A stretch of 64,000 nt of DNA from Curvibacter sp. GWA2_63_95 (GCA_001795455.1 MGPB01000019.1:36630-100629); one strand, 5' to 3'; counted from the first letter of the stretch, positions 29,494 through 42,425 are shown. The notes: a model not told the origin generated them from the letters alone. A program made the numbers and translations.

Positions 29494-30371
29494 ACATGCC
29501 CCCCACTCGTACCGTCTGGCCCGCCGACCTGCAACTGGGTGAAGGTCCGCTGTGGCACGCTGCCAGCGAACGCTTCTTCTTTGTGGACATTCATGGCCGT
29601 GCCTTGCATGCCTGGACCCCCGCGACGGACGCGCGGCAAACCTGGGCCATGCCTGAGCGCATAGGCTGGTTGATTCCCCGCACCGACGGGGATGGCTTCA
29701 TCGCCGGCCTGCAATCGGGCTTTGTACGCCTGTGGCTGGAGCCCGTCCTGCGCATTGAGCCCATCGGCACGCCGCACCCCGGTGAACCGCTGGTACGCCT
29801 GAACGATGCCAAGGCGGATTGCCATGGCCGCATCTGGGCAGGATCCATGCGCAACGACGAACCTGGTTTGCGCCAGGGCCGCCTGGCCCAGCTTGCACCC
29901 TCGGGTGAGATCAGTGTGGTCGAAAGTGGTATCTACATCGCCAACGGCCCTGCCATCGCACACGACGGCAGCTGGATGTTGCACACCGATTCGTTTCTGG
30001 ACACGGTCTACCGCTACGACCTCTCGCCCCAAGGCGTGCTCTCGGGCAAGACGGAGTGGAACAAGTTTGGTGGTGATGACGGCACGCCGGACGGCATGAC
30101 GCTGGACCGCGATGGCAACGTATGGGTGGCGTTTTGGGGTGGCAGTTGCATTCGGCAGTTCACCCCCCAAGGTGCCTTGCTACGCACCATCGCCCTGCCC
30201 GCACCGCAGATCACCAGCATGGCCTTTGGTGGCGCCAACTTGGATCTGCTGCTGGTGACAAGCGCCCGCGCAGGGCTGGACGAGGCCACGCTGGAACGTT
30301 ACCCGCTGGCCGGCAGCATTTTTGTCGTGGAGCCAGGCGTACAGGGCGTCTTGCCCTGCACTTTTGGCTAG
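29484..30371 (+). CDS. SMP-30/gluconolactonase-family sugar lactonase
   Basis: LGEGPLW, RLNDAKAD, IANGPA, PDGMTLD motifs. Confidence 0.92.
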   Translation: MDLNMPPTRTVWPADLQLGEGPLWHAASERFFFVDIHGRALHAWTPATDARQTWAMPERIGWLIPRTDGDGFIAGLQSGFVRLWLEPVLRIEPIGTPHPGEPLVRLNDAKADCHGRIWAGSMRNDEPGLRQGRLAQLAPSGEISVVESGIYIANGPAIAHDGSWMLHTDSFLDTVYRYDLSPQGVLSGKTEWNKFGGDDGTPDGMTLDRDGNVWVAFWGGSCIRQFTPQGALLRTIALPAPQITSMAFGGANLDLLLVTSARAGLDEATLERYPLAGSIFVVEPGVQGVLPCTFG

Positions 30372-30377
30372 AGACGG

Positions 30378-31733
30378 CTACTCGCCGGCACGCAGGCGCC
30401 TGCGGCTGTCGCGCGCGTTGGGCAACCAACCGCGCCACAACCAGCGGGCCAGGAGCAACAGGCCACGGATCCATTCGTCAATGGCGTAAGCCATCCAGAT
30501 GCCGGGCAGGCCGAACAAGCGCCCCAGCCAGAACGACCCCACGCCCAGCACCAACACCAGCGAAGCCACGCTGGAAGCCGCGGGGTAAATCGCGTCGCCG
30601 GTTGCCCGCAAGGCTCCGTTCAGGATCAGGTTGAACACGCGCCCGGTTTCCAGAACCAGCGAAATCCACAACAGCGTCTGGGCGGCCTGAATCACTGCCG
30701 GGTCTTTGGTGAACATGCGCATCAGCCAAGGCGCGCCCAGCGCAGCCAGCAGTGCCAGCGACCCCGAGGCCAGCAGCCCATTGCGCACCGCCTTGCGCAC
30801 CAGGCCATTGGCCACGCGCAAATCCCCGGCACCGACCAGACGCCCCACCATGATTTCGCAGGCCCACCCAATGGCCATGCTGGTCAGCAGCACGTACTTG
30901 AGCAACTGCAGGGTGTAAGAGTGAGTGGCCAGTGCCGTCACGCCCAGCCGGGCCGTGGCCGCCACCGACACCATGAAGGCGCCACGGTACGCCACCTCGA
31001 CCCCAGCGCCGGGCAAGCCCACGCGCAGCACCGGCCCCAGATCTTTCCAGCTCGCAGCCCACCAGTCGCGCGCTTGCGGCACCAGATGCATGCGGATGCG
31101 CCAGAACCACAGGTGCATCACCAACCCTAGCGCGCGGCTGACCAGCATGGCAATCGCGTAGCCCTCCAGCCCCATGCCGTCCCATTCGCCCCAGCCGCGC
31201 ATCAACACGGCGGCCAACAGCAAGTGGCTGCTGTGCATGACGATCATGACCTTGAGGGAGTCGCGTGAGAACAGATGGGCACGCAGCACAGAAGCCATGC
31301 TGAGGTTGTACGCCTCCAGCATCAAGGCAGGCGCGAACCACTGCAAAAACGGTGCAGCCAGTGCCACGATCGCGTCGGGCGCATTGAGCCAGTCCAGTAC
31401 CAGATCGTTACCGGCCACCACCGTACAGACCACCAGAACACCCGCCCAGGTGCTGGCCCCCAGGGCCAGCAAGGCAGCACGTCGCGAGGCGGCATGCTGC
31501 CCGCCGCCCAGGTACTGGGTCACCACCACGCCCAGGCCAATCGCCAGCACACGGAACACCACAAACAGGGTTTCCAGAATCTGGTTCACCAGTCCGAACG
31601 CACCGGCGGCCGCATCCGAAGTATGTGAAGCCAGCCACAGACCGCCCATGGCCACACTCATGCCCAGCAAAAACTCACCCAGCAAGGGGCCAGCAATGGT
31701 ATTGAGACGCGGGCGGGAGATGGGTGGCATCAA
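30378..31733 (-). CDS. MATE-family efflux transporter
   Basis: About 12 hydrophobic segments, twofold MATE repeat pattern, 451 aa. Confidence 0.85.
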   Translation of the reverse strand: MMPPISRPRLNTIAGPLLGEFLLGMSVAMGGLWLASHTSDAAAGAFGLVNQILETLFVVFRVLAIGLGVVVTQYLGGGQHAASRRAALLALGASTWAGVLVVCTVVAGNDLVLDWLNAPDAIVALAAPFLQWFAPALMLEAYNLSMASVLRAHLFSRDSLKVMIVMHSSHLLLAAVLMRGWGEWDGMGLEGYAIAMLVSRALGLVMHLWFWRIRMHLVPQARDWWAASWKDLGPVLRVGLPGAGVEVAYRGAFMVSVAATARLGVTALATHSYTLQLLKYVLLTSMAIGWACEIMVGRLVGAGDLRVANGLVRKAVRNGLLASGSLALLAALGAPWLMRMFTKDPAVIQAAQTLLWISLVLETGRVFNLILNGALRATGDAIYPAASSVASLVLVLGVGSFWLGRLFGLPGIWMAYAIDEWIRGLLLLARWLWRGWLPNARDSRRRLRAGE

Positions 31734-31790
31734 ACAACTCTCTGACCTGGCAACACCACCGCGGCGCTGCCAAACCCTGAAGCGTACAAG

Positions 31791-33443
31791 CTAAACCAGC
31801 CGGAGATACGCGCCCCCCCACGCAGGCATCTGCAATACATGGCTGGCGCGTGGCACCTCGGCCAAGCCACTGCCCGGCAGGACCATGGCTGCGGCGTAGG
31901 CAGCGGGGATCTCCCAAGCGGCAACGGCATCACTGAAATTGAACACACACAGAATCTGTACACCGTCCAGAGCCCGGACAAAGGCCAGCACCTGCGGATG
32001 CGCCGGCAGCACGTGCAGCGTGCCGCTCACCAACGCTGGCTGCGTCTTGCGCCAGCGCAGCAAGCCGCGGTAGAAGTTGAGCAAGGAACCCGCATCCCGC
32101 TCCTGCACATCCACCGCCAGTGCACGGTGCGGTTCGATGACCGGCAACCACGGGGCCGCCGGCTGGGGCGCGCTGGAGAAGCCCAGATCGTCCGAGTCTC
32201 TGGCCCAAGGGTGGGCGGTACGGCAACCGTCACGGCCCTTGAACTCGGGCCACATGGTGATGCCGTAGGGGTCCTGCAGGTCTTCAAAGGCAATGTCGGC
32301 TTCGGGCAGGCCCAGCTCGTCGCCCTGGTAAATGCAAGGCGAGCCGCGCAGGCTCATCTGCAACGCAGCGCCCAGACGCAAGAGGTCGGGGTGGGCGGGC
32401 TTGTCAGCGCTGCCCCAGCGGCTGGCGACGCGCACCACGTCGTGGTTGGAGAGAGCCCAGCACGGCCAGCCCCCAGGCGCCACTTCTTCAAAGCGCTGCA
32501 CAAAGCCGCGGAAGTGGGCGGCACTGTGGGCCGTGCCCAGCAGGTCAAAGCAGTAGGCCATGTGCAGTTTGTCGCCGCCACTGGTGTACTCGGCCACGCG
32601 GGCCAGGCCATCGTCGTCACCAATTTCACCCACCATGGTGGTGTTCGGGTACTGGTCCAGCAACGCGCGCAGGCGGCGCAGAAAAGCCAGGTTCTCGGGT
32701 TGGCTCTTGTCGTGCTTGTGCCATTGCCAGCCATAGGGGTTCACGGCGTTCACGGCAGGGTCTTCGCCGTCAGGGCGGCCACGGGGCGGGTTGCTGCGCA
32801 ACTGCGCATCGTGGAAGTAGAAGTTGGCGGTGTCCAGACGGTAGCCGTCCACGCCCAGGTCCAGCCAAAACTTCACCGTGTCCAACAAGGCGTTCTGCAC
32901 CTCGGCGTTGTGGAAGTTCAGATCGGGCTGGCTGGTCAGGAAGTTGTGCATGTAGTACTGGCAACGGCGGGTGTCCCACTGCCAGGCGCTACCACCAAAA
33001 ATCGACAACCAGTTGTTTGGCGGCGTGCCATCACTCTGGGCGTCCGCCCACACGTACCAGTCGGCCTTGGGGTTCGTGAGGTTGGAGCGGCTCTCGACAA
33101 ACCAGGGGTGCTGGTCCGAGCTGTGCGACAGCACCTGGTCAATCATGACCTTGAGACCCAGCGCATGGGCGCGGTCCACCAGTTTGCGGAAGTCGGCCAC
33201 GGTGCCGAACATGGGATCTACATCGCAGTAGTCGCTGACGTCGTAGCCGAAGTCTTTCATCGGGCTCTTGAAAAACGGCGAGAGCCAGATGCCATCGGCC
33301 CCCAAGGCCGCCACATAGTCCAGCTTGGCGGTGATGCCGTTCAGGTCACCAATGCCGTCACCATTGCTGTCGGCGAAGCTGCGGGGGTAGATTTGGTAGA
33401 TGACGCCGCCGCGCCACCAGTTGTCATTCGATGCTTTGGTCAT
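31791..33443 (-). CDS. aglA: GH13 alpha-glucosidase
   Basis: WWRGGVIYQIYPRSFADSNGDGIGD, DFGYDVSDY, GYRLDT, SNHDVVR, DGCRT; start at ATG 33443. Confidence 0.9.
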   Translation of the reverse strand: MTKASNDNWWRGGVIYQIYPRSFADSNGDGIGDLNGITAKLDYVAALGADGIWLSPFFKSPMKDFGYDVSDYCDVDPMFGTVADFRKLVDRAHALGLKVMIDQVLSHSSDQHPWFVESRSNLTNPKADWYVWADAQSDGTPPNNWLSIFGGSAWQWDTRRCQYYMHNFLTSQPDLNFHNAEVQNALLDTVKFWLDLGVDGYRLDTANFYFHDAQLRSNPPRGRPDGEDPAVNAVNPYGWQWHKHDKSQPENLAFLRRLRALLDQYPNTTMVGEIGDDDGLARVAEYTSGGDKLHMAYCFDLLGTAHSAAHFRGFVQRFEEVAPGGWPCWALSNHDVVRVASRWGSADKPAHPDLLRLGAALQMSLRGSPCIYQGDELGLPEADIAFEDLQDPYGITMWPEFKGRDGCRTAHPWARDSDDLGFSSAPQPAAPWLPVIEPHRALAVDVQERDAGSLLNFYRGLLRWRKTQPALVSGTLHVLPAHPQVLAFVRALDGVQILCVFNFSDAVAAWEIPAAYAAAMVLPGSGLAEVPRASHVLQMPAWGGAYLRLV

Positions 33444-33471
33444 ACAGAAACGAAGGAAAGGGAAGAAAAAG

Positions 33472-34644
33472 TTACTTGACGGAACCCGACAGCAGGCCGC
33501 GCACAAAGAAGCGCTGCAACGAGAAGAACACCGCGACCGGCACCGCGATCGACACAAAGGCGCTGGCGGTCAGGATTTCCCAGCTCTCGCCGCGCGAACC
33601 CAGCAAATCATTGAGCTTGATGGTCAGCACGATCTGGTCCGGGGCCTTGCCCAGGAACACCAGCGCGATGAGGAAGTCGTTCCAGACCCAGAGGAACTGG
33701 AAGATGGCAAAGCTGGCCAGCGCGGGAATCGACAGCGGCAGCACAATGCCCGTGAAAATCTGGAAGTGCGAGGCGCCATCCATGCGCGCACTCTCGATGA
33801 TGTCGCGCGGCAGCGAAGCGATGTAGTTGCGCAACAGGTAAATGGCCAATGGCAGGCCAAAGGCCGAGTGCGCTAGCCACACCCCCAGGTAAGACTTGGA
33901 CTCCATGCCCAAGGTCTCGCCCAACTGGTTGTACAGGCGCAGCAACGGAATCAGGGACATCTGCAGCGGCACCACCAACAGGCCGACCACCACCACAAAC
34001 AACCACTTGCGTCCCGGGAACTCCATCCAGCTGAAGGCATAGGCCGCAAAGGCGGCAATCAGGATGGGGATGAAGGTGGCCGGAATAGTGACCTTGAAGG
34101 TGTTGAGAAAGGCCTGGCCGACACCTTCGGAAGCCACCACCTTCTCGTAGTTCTGTGTCAGGAACACGGGCGGCGACTCGGCCACATAAAACACCCGAAT
34201 GCCGCGGTCCTTGTCGTAAGGTGCATTGAGCTCCAGCCGATAGGCCCCGTCGGCTGCCACTGTCAGGGTGCCATCGGGTTTGCCGTCCTCCTCGTCAAAC
34301 ACCTGGCCATCTGCCACCTCGGCCACGGTGCCTACCGCAAACTCCTTGGGGTTGGCCGACTTGAGCGAAAACTGCTTGATGCGCACGGCCGACTGCTCGC
34401 CAAACAGCAAGCCCTTGATGACCGTCTTGTCACCCTCCTGCACCGCACTCTGGCCCCCCCCGGTGCGGCGCATGTCAGCACGCGTTTGGGTCGACAGGGC
34501 CGTCCACCAGCCACTGGAGACCAGTTGCTGCTTGTCGCGGAAGCTGGACACAAACAGACCGAAGGTAGGTAGCACCCAGACCAGCACAATGGCCAGCAGC
34601 AAAGCCTGGGCGGCCAGCGATGGCAGGCTGAAATATTTTTTCAT
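33472..34644 (-). CDS. aglG: Alpha-glucoside ABC transporter permease
   Basis: EAA loop (ESARMDGA), WVWNDFL. Confidence 0.85.
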   Translation of the reverse strand: MKKYFSLPSLAAQALLLAIVLVWVLPTFGLFVSSFRDKQQLVSSGWWTALSTQTRADMRRTGGGQSAVQEGDKTVIKGLLFGEQSAVRIKQFSLKSANPKEFAVGTVAEVADGQVFDEEDGKPDGTLTVAADGAYRLELNAPYDKDRGIRVFYVAESPPVFLTQNYEKVVASEGVGQAFLNTFKVTIPATFIPILIAAFAAYAFSWMEFPGRKWLFVVVVGLLVVPLQMSLIPLLRLYNQLGETLGMESKSYLGVWLAHSAFGLPLAIYLLRNYIASLPRDIIESARMDGASHFQIFTGIVLPLSIPALASFAIFQFLWVWNDFLIALVFLGKAPDQIVLTIKLNDLLGSRGESWEILTASAFVSIAVPVAVFFSLQRFFVRGLLSGSVK

Positions 34645-35645
34645 CGTTGCGCCTCCTCGGTGCGGAACCGGCGGATATTGAAGGCCATGACGGGAATCAC
34701 CGCGAACATGAGCACCATGGCCAGCGTGGAGCTGCGCCCGTAGTCACCGCCACCGCGGAACATCCAGTCATACATCAGGTTGGCCAGCACGCTGGTGTCC
34801 CACTGGCCACCGGTCATGGCCATCACGATGTCGAACACCTTGAGCACGGTGATGGTGATGGTGGTCCAGACCACCAGTACCGTGGACATGACCTGCGGCA
34901 CCATGATCTCGAAAAAGATTTGAAGCTCACTGGCACCATCGATGCGCGCCGCCTCGATGGTTTCGTGCGGCACGCCACGCAGCGCGGCGGACAGGATCAC
35001 CATGGCAAAACCCGTCTGGATCCAGATCAGGATGGCCATGAGGAAAAAGTTGTTCCAGAACGGCACGGTGACCCAGGCCTGGGGCTCAAACCCCATGCCC
35101 ATGACGATGGCGTTCAGGATGCCAATTTGCTCGGCATCGGGGCCGCGGAAGTCGTAGACAAACTTCCAGATCACGCTGGCTCCCACAAAGCTGATGGCCA
35201 TGGGCATGAACACCATGGACTTGGCAAAACCGCCCCACCACACGCGATCGGCCAGCACGGCCACCACCAGCCCCAGGGCCGTCGCGGCTGCCGGCACCAC
35301 CAGCAGCCATATGAAGTTGTTGCGGATGGTGATCAGAAAGTTCTGGTCGACCAACACCCACTGGTAATTGGCAAGCCCGACAAATTGCTCGCCCGTCGCG
35401 TCAAAAAAACCGAGGCGAAAGGTTTCGAACAGGGGGTACAGCAAATAGGTGCCCAACAACAGGAGGGCGGGCGCCAGGAACAACCAGGGCCGCACGCTGG
35501 CGCGCAACACCTCTCGACCACTCTTGCTGCCCAGGGGCAGGTGAACAATCTTGTCGAGCAGGAAATTGGAGCCGGCAAAGTACAGCAGGCAAAACGCAAT
35601 GCTGACCACCACCGCAGTCAGGGTCTGGAGGATTTGATCGGTCAT
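34641..35645 (-). CDS. aglF: Alpha-glucoside ABC transporter permease
   Basis: [32 protein letters not shown]. Confidence 0.85.
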   Translation of the reverse strand: MTDQILQTLTAVVVSIAFCLLYFAGSNFLLDKIVHLPLGSKSGREVLRASVRPWLFLAPALLLLGTYLLYPLFETFRLGFFDATGEQFVGLANYQWVLVDQNFLITIRNNFIWLLVVPAAATALGLVVAVLADRVWWGGFAKSMVFMPMAISFVGASVIWKFVYDFRGPDAEQIGILNAIVMGMGFEPQAWVTVPFWNNFFLMAILIWIQTGFAMVILSAALRGVPHETIEAARIDGASELQIFFEIMVPQVMSTVLVVWTTITITVLKVFDIVMAMTGGQWDTSVLANLMYDWMFRGGGDYGRSSTLAMVLMFAVIPVMAFNIRRFRTEEAQR

Positions 35646-35692
35646 GGGACCCACTCTGGTACGTTGCGTGAGGAAGAGTTCGACAGGGATTC

Positions 35693-35723
35693 AAAAAGGC
35701 CGGCAGCCCGCAAGCCGCCGGCC
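35693..35723 (-). terminator. Intercistronic hairpin/terminator after the solute-binding protein gene
   Basis: Minus strand GGCCGGCGGC-ttgcg-GGCTGCCGGCC-TTTTT. Confidence 0.7.
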
Positions 35724-35759
35724 GGAAGACGCGCCCCACGGCGCTGTCAGAGGAGAGGC

Positions 35760-37061
35760 TTACTTGATGGCGTCCCAGCTCTTCTGGATTTCGTCAGCCA
35801 CCGCTTGGGCGGACTGGCCACCGGAGTAGTTGACCATGCCCTTCCAGAAGCTGCCCGCACCTACTGCGCCAGGCATCAGGTCGGAACCGTCAAAGCGGAA
35901 GGTGGTGGCGTTCTGCAAGATCTCGCCCTGCTTTTTCAGCGAGGCCGTCTTGTACTTGGCCAGGTCCACACCCTTGTGCGGTGTCAGGAAACCACCTTCG
36001 GCCATCCAGATCTCATGCGACTGGGGATGCTGCAGGTACTCCATGAAGGCACGGGCGCCCTTGCTGTCCTTGGTGATGGTGAGGATGGTGCCGCCGCCCA
36101 GGACCGGGTTGCCCAGCTTCTTGCTGGCGTAGGACGGGAAATAGAAGAAGTCGGCTTCATCGGCCTTGCCTTCGGGGAAGAAGGCCGGAATGAAGGACGC
36201 CTGGCGGTGCATATAGCACTTGGGTGGCGAGCCGAACAGGCCTTTGGGGCTGTCCTTGAAGCTCACGGTGGCCACGGCTTTGGCGCCGCCGTCCACATAG
36301 GCGTCGTTCTTGGCAAACCAGCCGTAGGCCTCGATGGCGTCAACTACGCGCTTGTCGTTGAACTTGACCTTGTTGCTGACCCAGCCGTCGTACACCTCGG
36401 GGGACTGGGTGCGCAGCATCATGTCTTCCACCCAGTCGGTCGCGGGCCAGCCGGTGGCGGCGTCCGAACCCAGGCCGATACACCAGGGCTTGCCACCGTC
36501 GGCGGCAATTTTCTTGGTCAGGGCTTGCAGGTCTTCCATGGACTTGGGCACTTTGTAGCCCTTTTCCTTGAAGTTCTCAGGCAGGTACCAGACCAGGCTC
36601 TTCACGTTCACGTTGTAGAACATGCCGTAGAACTCTTTCTTGCCGGCCTTGTTGGCGTAGGTGCCCAGATCGGCCCAGGAACTGCCCGCGGCGTAGTTCT
36701 TCTTCACCCAGTCTTGTGCCTTGGAGCCCAGGGGCTTCAGGCCATCGATGGCGGCCATGTTGGCGGCCAGGCCGGGCTGGGGAAACACCGAGATGTTGGA
36801 CGGCGAACCGGCCTTGATGTCGATCACGATCTGCTGCTCGGAGCTTTGCGAGCAGGAATGCTTCACGGTCGCGCCAGTGGCTTTCTCAAAGTTGGCAACC
36901 ACCTTCTTGAACATGCCTTCTTCGGCACCGGTCCAGGGGCAGGTAATGGTGATGACTTCACCCTTCAGGTCCGGGCCTTTGTAGTCCGCCGCCATTGCGG
37001 GGCTGACCAGGGACCCCAATGCCAAAACCGAAGCCCCGGCGATCATGGATTTCTTGAACAT
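35760..37061 (-). CDS. aglE: Alpha-glucoside ABC transporter substrate-binding protein
   Basis: Signal peptide, FPQPG, KSLVWY, GWPATDWVEDMMLR, FDGSDLMPGAVG. Confidence 0.88.
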   Translation of the reverse strand: MFKKSMIAGASVLALGSLVSPAMAADYKGPDLKGEVITITCPWTGAEEGMFKKVVANFEKATGATVKHSCSQSSEQQIVIDIKAGSPSNISVFPQPGLAANMAAIDGLKPLGSKAQDWVKKNYAAGSSWADLGTYANKAGKKEFYGMFYNVNVKSLVWYLPENFKEKGYKVPKSMEDLQALTKKIAADGGKPWCIGLGSDAATGWPATDWVEDMMLRTQSPEVYDGWVSNKVKFNDKRVVDAIEAYGWFAKNDAYVDGGAKAVATVSFKDSPKGLFGSPPKCYMHRQASFIPAFFPEGKADEADFFYFPSYASKKLGNPVLGGGTILTITKDSKGARAFMEYLQHPQSHEIWMAEGGFLTPHKGVDLAKYKTASLKKQGEILQNATTFRFDGSDLMPGAVGAGSFWKGMVNYSGGQSAQAVADEIQKSWDAIK

Positions 37062-37126
37062 CGTCTCTCTCCTCTTGTTGTGCCGCGGCCCATCCGCAGC
37101 ACGTTAAAAATGGATGCCTCGGTGCG

Positions 37127-38131
<1,005 letters not shown>

Positions 38132-38177
38132 ATGCATGCTCCTGACGGTGGGACAGCGGCGTGCCGCTACGCCTCAA

Positions 38178-38196
38178 AATGTAATCAGATTACATT
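38178..38196. promoter_or_regulatory. HexR-like operator
   Basis: Perfect palindrome AATGTAATC-A-GATTACATT fitting TGTAAT-N3-ATTACA. Confidence 0.6.
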
Positions 38197-38220
38197 CACA
38201 TGCGATGAGGGAAAACCCTT

Positions 38221-38297
38221 GAAAATCGGTACGAAAGTCAATTTTCAAAACCGATTTTGTCCAGTGAAGATGCAGAACACGAAAAAGAACGATTTTG
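38221..38297. promoter_or_regulatory. Cluster of LacI-family operator-like sites
   Basis: GAAAATCGGT (38221), CAAAACCGATTTTG (38246-38259), AAGAACGATTTTG (38285-38297), each with central CG. Confidence 0.45.
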
Positions 38298-38316
38298 TGT
38301 TCAGAAAGTAATACGG

Positions 38317-38634
38317 TTACACATCAGTTACCGACGGCAAGGCCCAGCCCAGCAGCTCGGCCAAGCGGCACACCACCCACTGCGCCTCAGGCGGTGTGAC
38401 CACCGCCGCCTCGCCATGCAGCCCCTGGCGAACGCGCGACAACACATCCGACTCGGCCAAGCCCAGGCTGAACTCCATGTCTTTGGCCGTGGTGGTGAGC
38501 AGATTGGCCAGGTCTTCACACAGCTCGTAGCGCTGCGCCACCTCCGGCCAGGGCGTACTCAGGCGCTGGCGCCGGGTGTCGGTGTACAGCAGCAAAAAGC
38601 TCTGGGGAATCTCGATCTGGTAGTCGTCAGACAT
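38317..38634 (-). CDS. Conserved hypothetical protein
   Basis: MSDDYQIEIPQSF... about 105 aa, host-like codon usage. Confidence 0.65.
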   Translation of the reverse strand: MSDDYQIEIPQSFLLLYTDTRRQRLSTPWPEVAQRYELCEDLANLLTTTAKDMEFSLGLAESDVLSRVRQGLHGEAAVVTPPEAQWVVCRLAELLGWALPSVTDV

Positions 38635-38691
38635 GGGGCCGTCCCTGCAGGTCGGTGCGGGCCTGCACCGCAAGACAGGCCATGCACCTCA

Positions 38692-38757
38692 TTTATAAGC
38701 AAAATAGGGCTCTAGCCCTCGTGGAATATGCGCGGATAGCTACTAACTTAATAGCAA
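38692..38757 (-). repeat. Repeat family A, copy 8 (intergenic, abuts helicase stop)
   Basis: TTTATAAGCAAAATAGGGCTCTAGCCCTCGTGGAATATGCGCGGATAGCTACTAACTTAATAGCAA. Confidence 0.9.
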
Positions 38758-39996
38758 TCACGCAAGTGGCGGCAACAAACCAGCCGCGCGCAGCTTGTCT
38801 TTTTTGCTGGGGCGGTGGCCCTTGATGCCGCCACCCAACGTAGCCACCGGCACGGTGGCCGTGGGCGCAAAGCCGGCCACCTGCTCGCGCGCAATGGTGG
38901 TGCGATGGCGTTTTTCGATCAGGCGGAAATGCGACTCCATGTCCGCCGTGACAAAACTCACCGCCAGGCCACTGGCACCGGCGCGCGCGGTGCGGCCAAT
39001 GCGGTGGGTGTAGTCGGTGGCCGAGCGCGGCAGGTCAAAGTTGACCACCACCGGCAGGTCGCTGATGTCGATGCCGCGGGCCGCAACATCGGTGGCCACC
39101 ACCACCTGGATGGCGGAAGCCTTGAAATCCATCAGCACCTGGGTGCGTTTGCCCTGGCTCAGCTGGGCATGGAAAGGCTCGGCCAACAGGCCGGCCCGGC
39201 GCAACTTGTCGGCCACCATCTCGGCCGCGTATTTGGTCGCCACAAACACCAGCACCCGGCTCCAGCCGTGTTCGGCAATCAAGTGGCGCAGCAGCTGGGT
39301 GCGCTGGCTGGCGTCCACCTGGATGGCGCGCTGGGCGATGTCGGGCTGCTCGCCCTCCTCGGCCACCACATTCACTTCCACCGGGTTGTGCAGGCTGGCC
39401 TGCGCCATGGTGCGCACGCCAGCAGAAAAGGTTGCCGAATACAGCAGGCTCTGGTGGCGTGCCGGCAGCAGGCCGCGGATGCGGTCAAGCTCCTGTGCAA
39501 AGCCCAGGTCCAGCAAGCGGTCGGCCTCGTCCAGCACCAGGGTCTCCACGCCGCCCAGGCTCAGCGCGCGGTGGTCCACCACATCGAGCAAACGGCCCGG
39601 CGTGGCCACCACGATGTCGGTGCCGCCACGCAGGCCCATGAGCTGCGGATTGATGGAGACCCCACCAAACAACACAGTTACCCGGGCCGCCTGGCCTGCG
39701 TGCTGGGCCAGGGTGCGCAGCGTGTCGCCGACCTGGGTGGCCAGCTCGCGCGTGGGCACGACCACCAGTGCGGCAGCGTGGCGAGATTTGGGCCCCGTGC
39801 GGCTGGCCAGTTGCGCCAGCAACACCATGGCATAGGCCGCGGTTTTGCCCGAGCCCGTTTGCGCACAGGCCAGCACATCCTGCCCACCCAGGGCCACGGG
39901 CACGGTCTGGGCTTGCACGGGCGTGGGCAACACAAAGCCCTGCAGCACCATGGCGTGGGCCAGTGCGGGGGAAATACCGAGGTCGGAAAAGGGCAT
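38758..39996 (-). CDS. DEAD-box RNA helicase (RhlE-like)
   Basis: Q motif PTPVQ, AQTGSGKT, PTRELA, DEAD, SAT, HRIGRTAR. Confidence 0.93.
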   Translation of the reverse strand: MPFSDLGISPALAHAMVLQGFVLPTPVQAQTVPVALGGQDVLACAQTGSGKTAAYAMVLLAQLASRTGPKSRHAAALVVVPTRELATQVGDTLRTLAQHAGQAARVTVLFGGVSINPQLMGLRGGTDIVVATPGRLLDVVDHRALSLGGVETLVLDEADRLLDLGFAQELDRIRGLLPARHQSLLYSATFSAGVRTMAQASLHNPVEVNVVAEEGEQPDIAQRAIQVDASQRTQLLRHLIAEHGWSRVLVFVATKYAAEMVADKLRRAGLLAEPFHAQLSQGKRTQVLMDFKASAIQVVVATDVAARGIDISDLPVVVNFDLPRSATDYTHRIGRTARAGASGLAVSFVTADMESHFRLIEKRHRTTIAREQVAGFAPTATVPVATLGGGIKGHRPSKKDKLRAAGLLPPLA

Positions 39997-40136
39997 GGAG
40001 TGGGGAAGGTAAAGAGGAAAACCGGCAAGGCGGGCCCTGCAACGAACCGGGCTGGCGACCCGGATCGGTCCGCTGCGTGCGGGTGTGTAGTGCATTTTAG
40101 GTCGCCGGCCTCCCGCGCGCGCAAAAACACGGCGCC

Positions 40137-40943
40137 TTAGAGCAGGGGCCGCAGCTCCCGCGCAGCATCTTGCAACACCGGCAGCAGCTCCCGCTGCAGG
40201 GCCTGCACCGTCCAGCGATGCGGTGCAGCCACCACATTGAGCGCAGCCACGGTGTCGCCCTGCACATTGCGCAAGGGCACCGCCAAGGCTTGCACACCCA
40301 GCTCATGCTCTTCGCTCGCCAGATAGAAGTCTTGCCGCCGCGCCGCGTCAATGCTCTGGCGCAGGGCCTGGGGGTCGGTAACGGTGTGTGCAGTCAGGCG
40401 CCGCAAGGGTTGCGCCTTGATCCAGGCTGCCACCTGCGGCTTGGGCAGCGCGGCCAGCAGCAGGCGGCCGGTTGACGTGGCGTGGGCAGGCAAGCGCGCG
40501 CCCAGGTGCAGACCGTAGGCCAGCACCTGGGCCTTGCCCGAGGGCGAGCTGCGCCAGTCATTGCCGCTGCGGGCCACGATGACCACCTCGTGCCCGTCCA
40601 ACACCACCGCCGAGAACGACTCCTGCGTCTGCGCCGCCAGCCGGTTCAGCGTGGGCTGCAGCACCCGCGGCATACGCGCCGACGCCAGGTAGCTGCCTGA
40701 AAAACGCAGCACCTTGCTGGAGAGCCAGTAGTAACTGCCATCGGTCTCCAGATACCCCAGGTAGGCCAGTGTGAGCAGGTGGCGGCGCGCCGCGGCCCGC
40801 GTAATGCCGGCGCGCTGGGCCGCCAGCGTGGCATTGAGCCGCTGGCGCTCGGTGTCAAAACTCTCCAGCACCGCCATGCCCTTGGCCATGCCGGCAATCA
40901 GGTCAGCCTTGGCAATGCCGGGAGGGGAATCGGTCGAAGTCAT
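40137..40943 (-). CDS. pobR: IclR-family regulator PobR/PcaR
   Basis: KGMAVLESF, ITRAAARRHLLTL HTH, LPAHATSTGR; divergent from pobA. Confidence 0.85.
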   Translation of the reverse strand: MTSTDSPPGIAKADLIAGMAKGMAVLESFDTERQRLNATLAAQRAGITRAAARRHLLTLAYLGYLETDGSYYWLSSKVLRFSGSYLASARMPRVLQPTLNRLAAQTQESFSAVVLDGHEVVIVARSGNDWRSSPSGKAQVLAYGLHLGARLPAHATSTGRLLLAALPKPQVAAWIKAQPLRRLTAHTVTDPQALRQSIDAARRQDFYLASEEHELGVQALAVPLRNVQGDTVAALNVVAAPHRWTVQALQRELLPVLQDAARELRPLL

Positions 40944-40962
40944 CGTGTGCATTCAGGTGATG

Positions 40963-42250
<1,288 letters not shown>

Positions 42251-42256
42251 GGGATT

Positions 42257-42332
42257 TGGTGCGGCTGGCGGGGATCGAACCCACGACCCTTGGCTTCGGA
42301 GGCCAATACTCTATCCACTGAGCTACAGCCGC
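42257..42332 (-). tRNA. tRNA-Arg(CCG)
   Basis: GCGGCTGTAGCTCAGTGGATAGAGTATTGGCCTCCGAAGCCAAGGGTCGTGGGTTCGATCCCCGCCAGCCGCACCA: 76 nt cloverleaf, anticodon CCG, encoded CCA. Confidence 0.97.
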
Positions 42333-42425
42333 GTCCAGAAGAGTGGGCATTGTAGGTGTTTTCGCAGAGGGCCCCCGTTATAATCCGCAGCTGTTTCGAA
42401 GCCCCCGACTTTTTTGAGGACACCC

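Noticed and set aside
42257-42332. tRNA-Arg(CCG) as an integration site for the pobRA region
   Set aside because: No integrase, no duplicated tRNA 3' end visible in the window, and flanking genes have host-like composition
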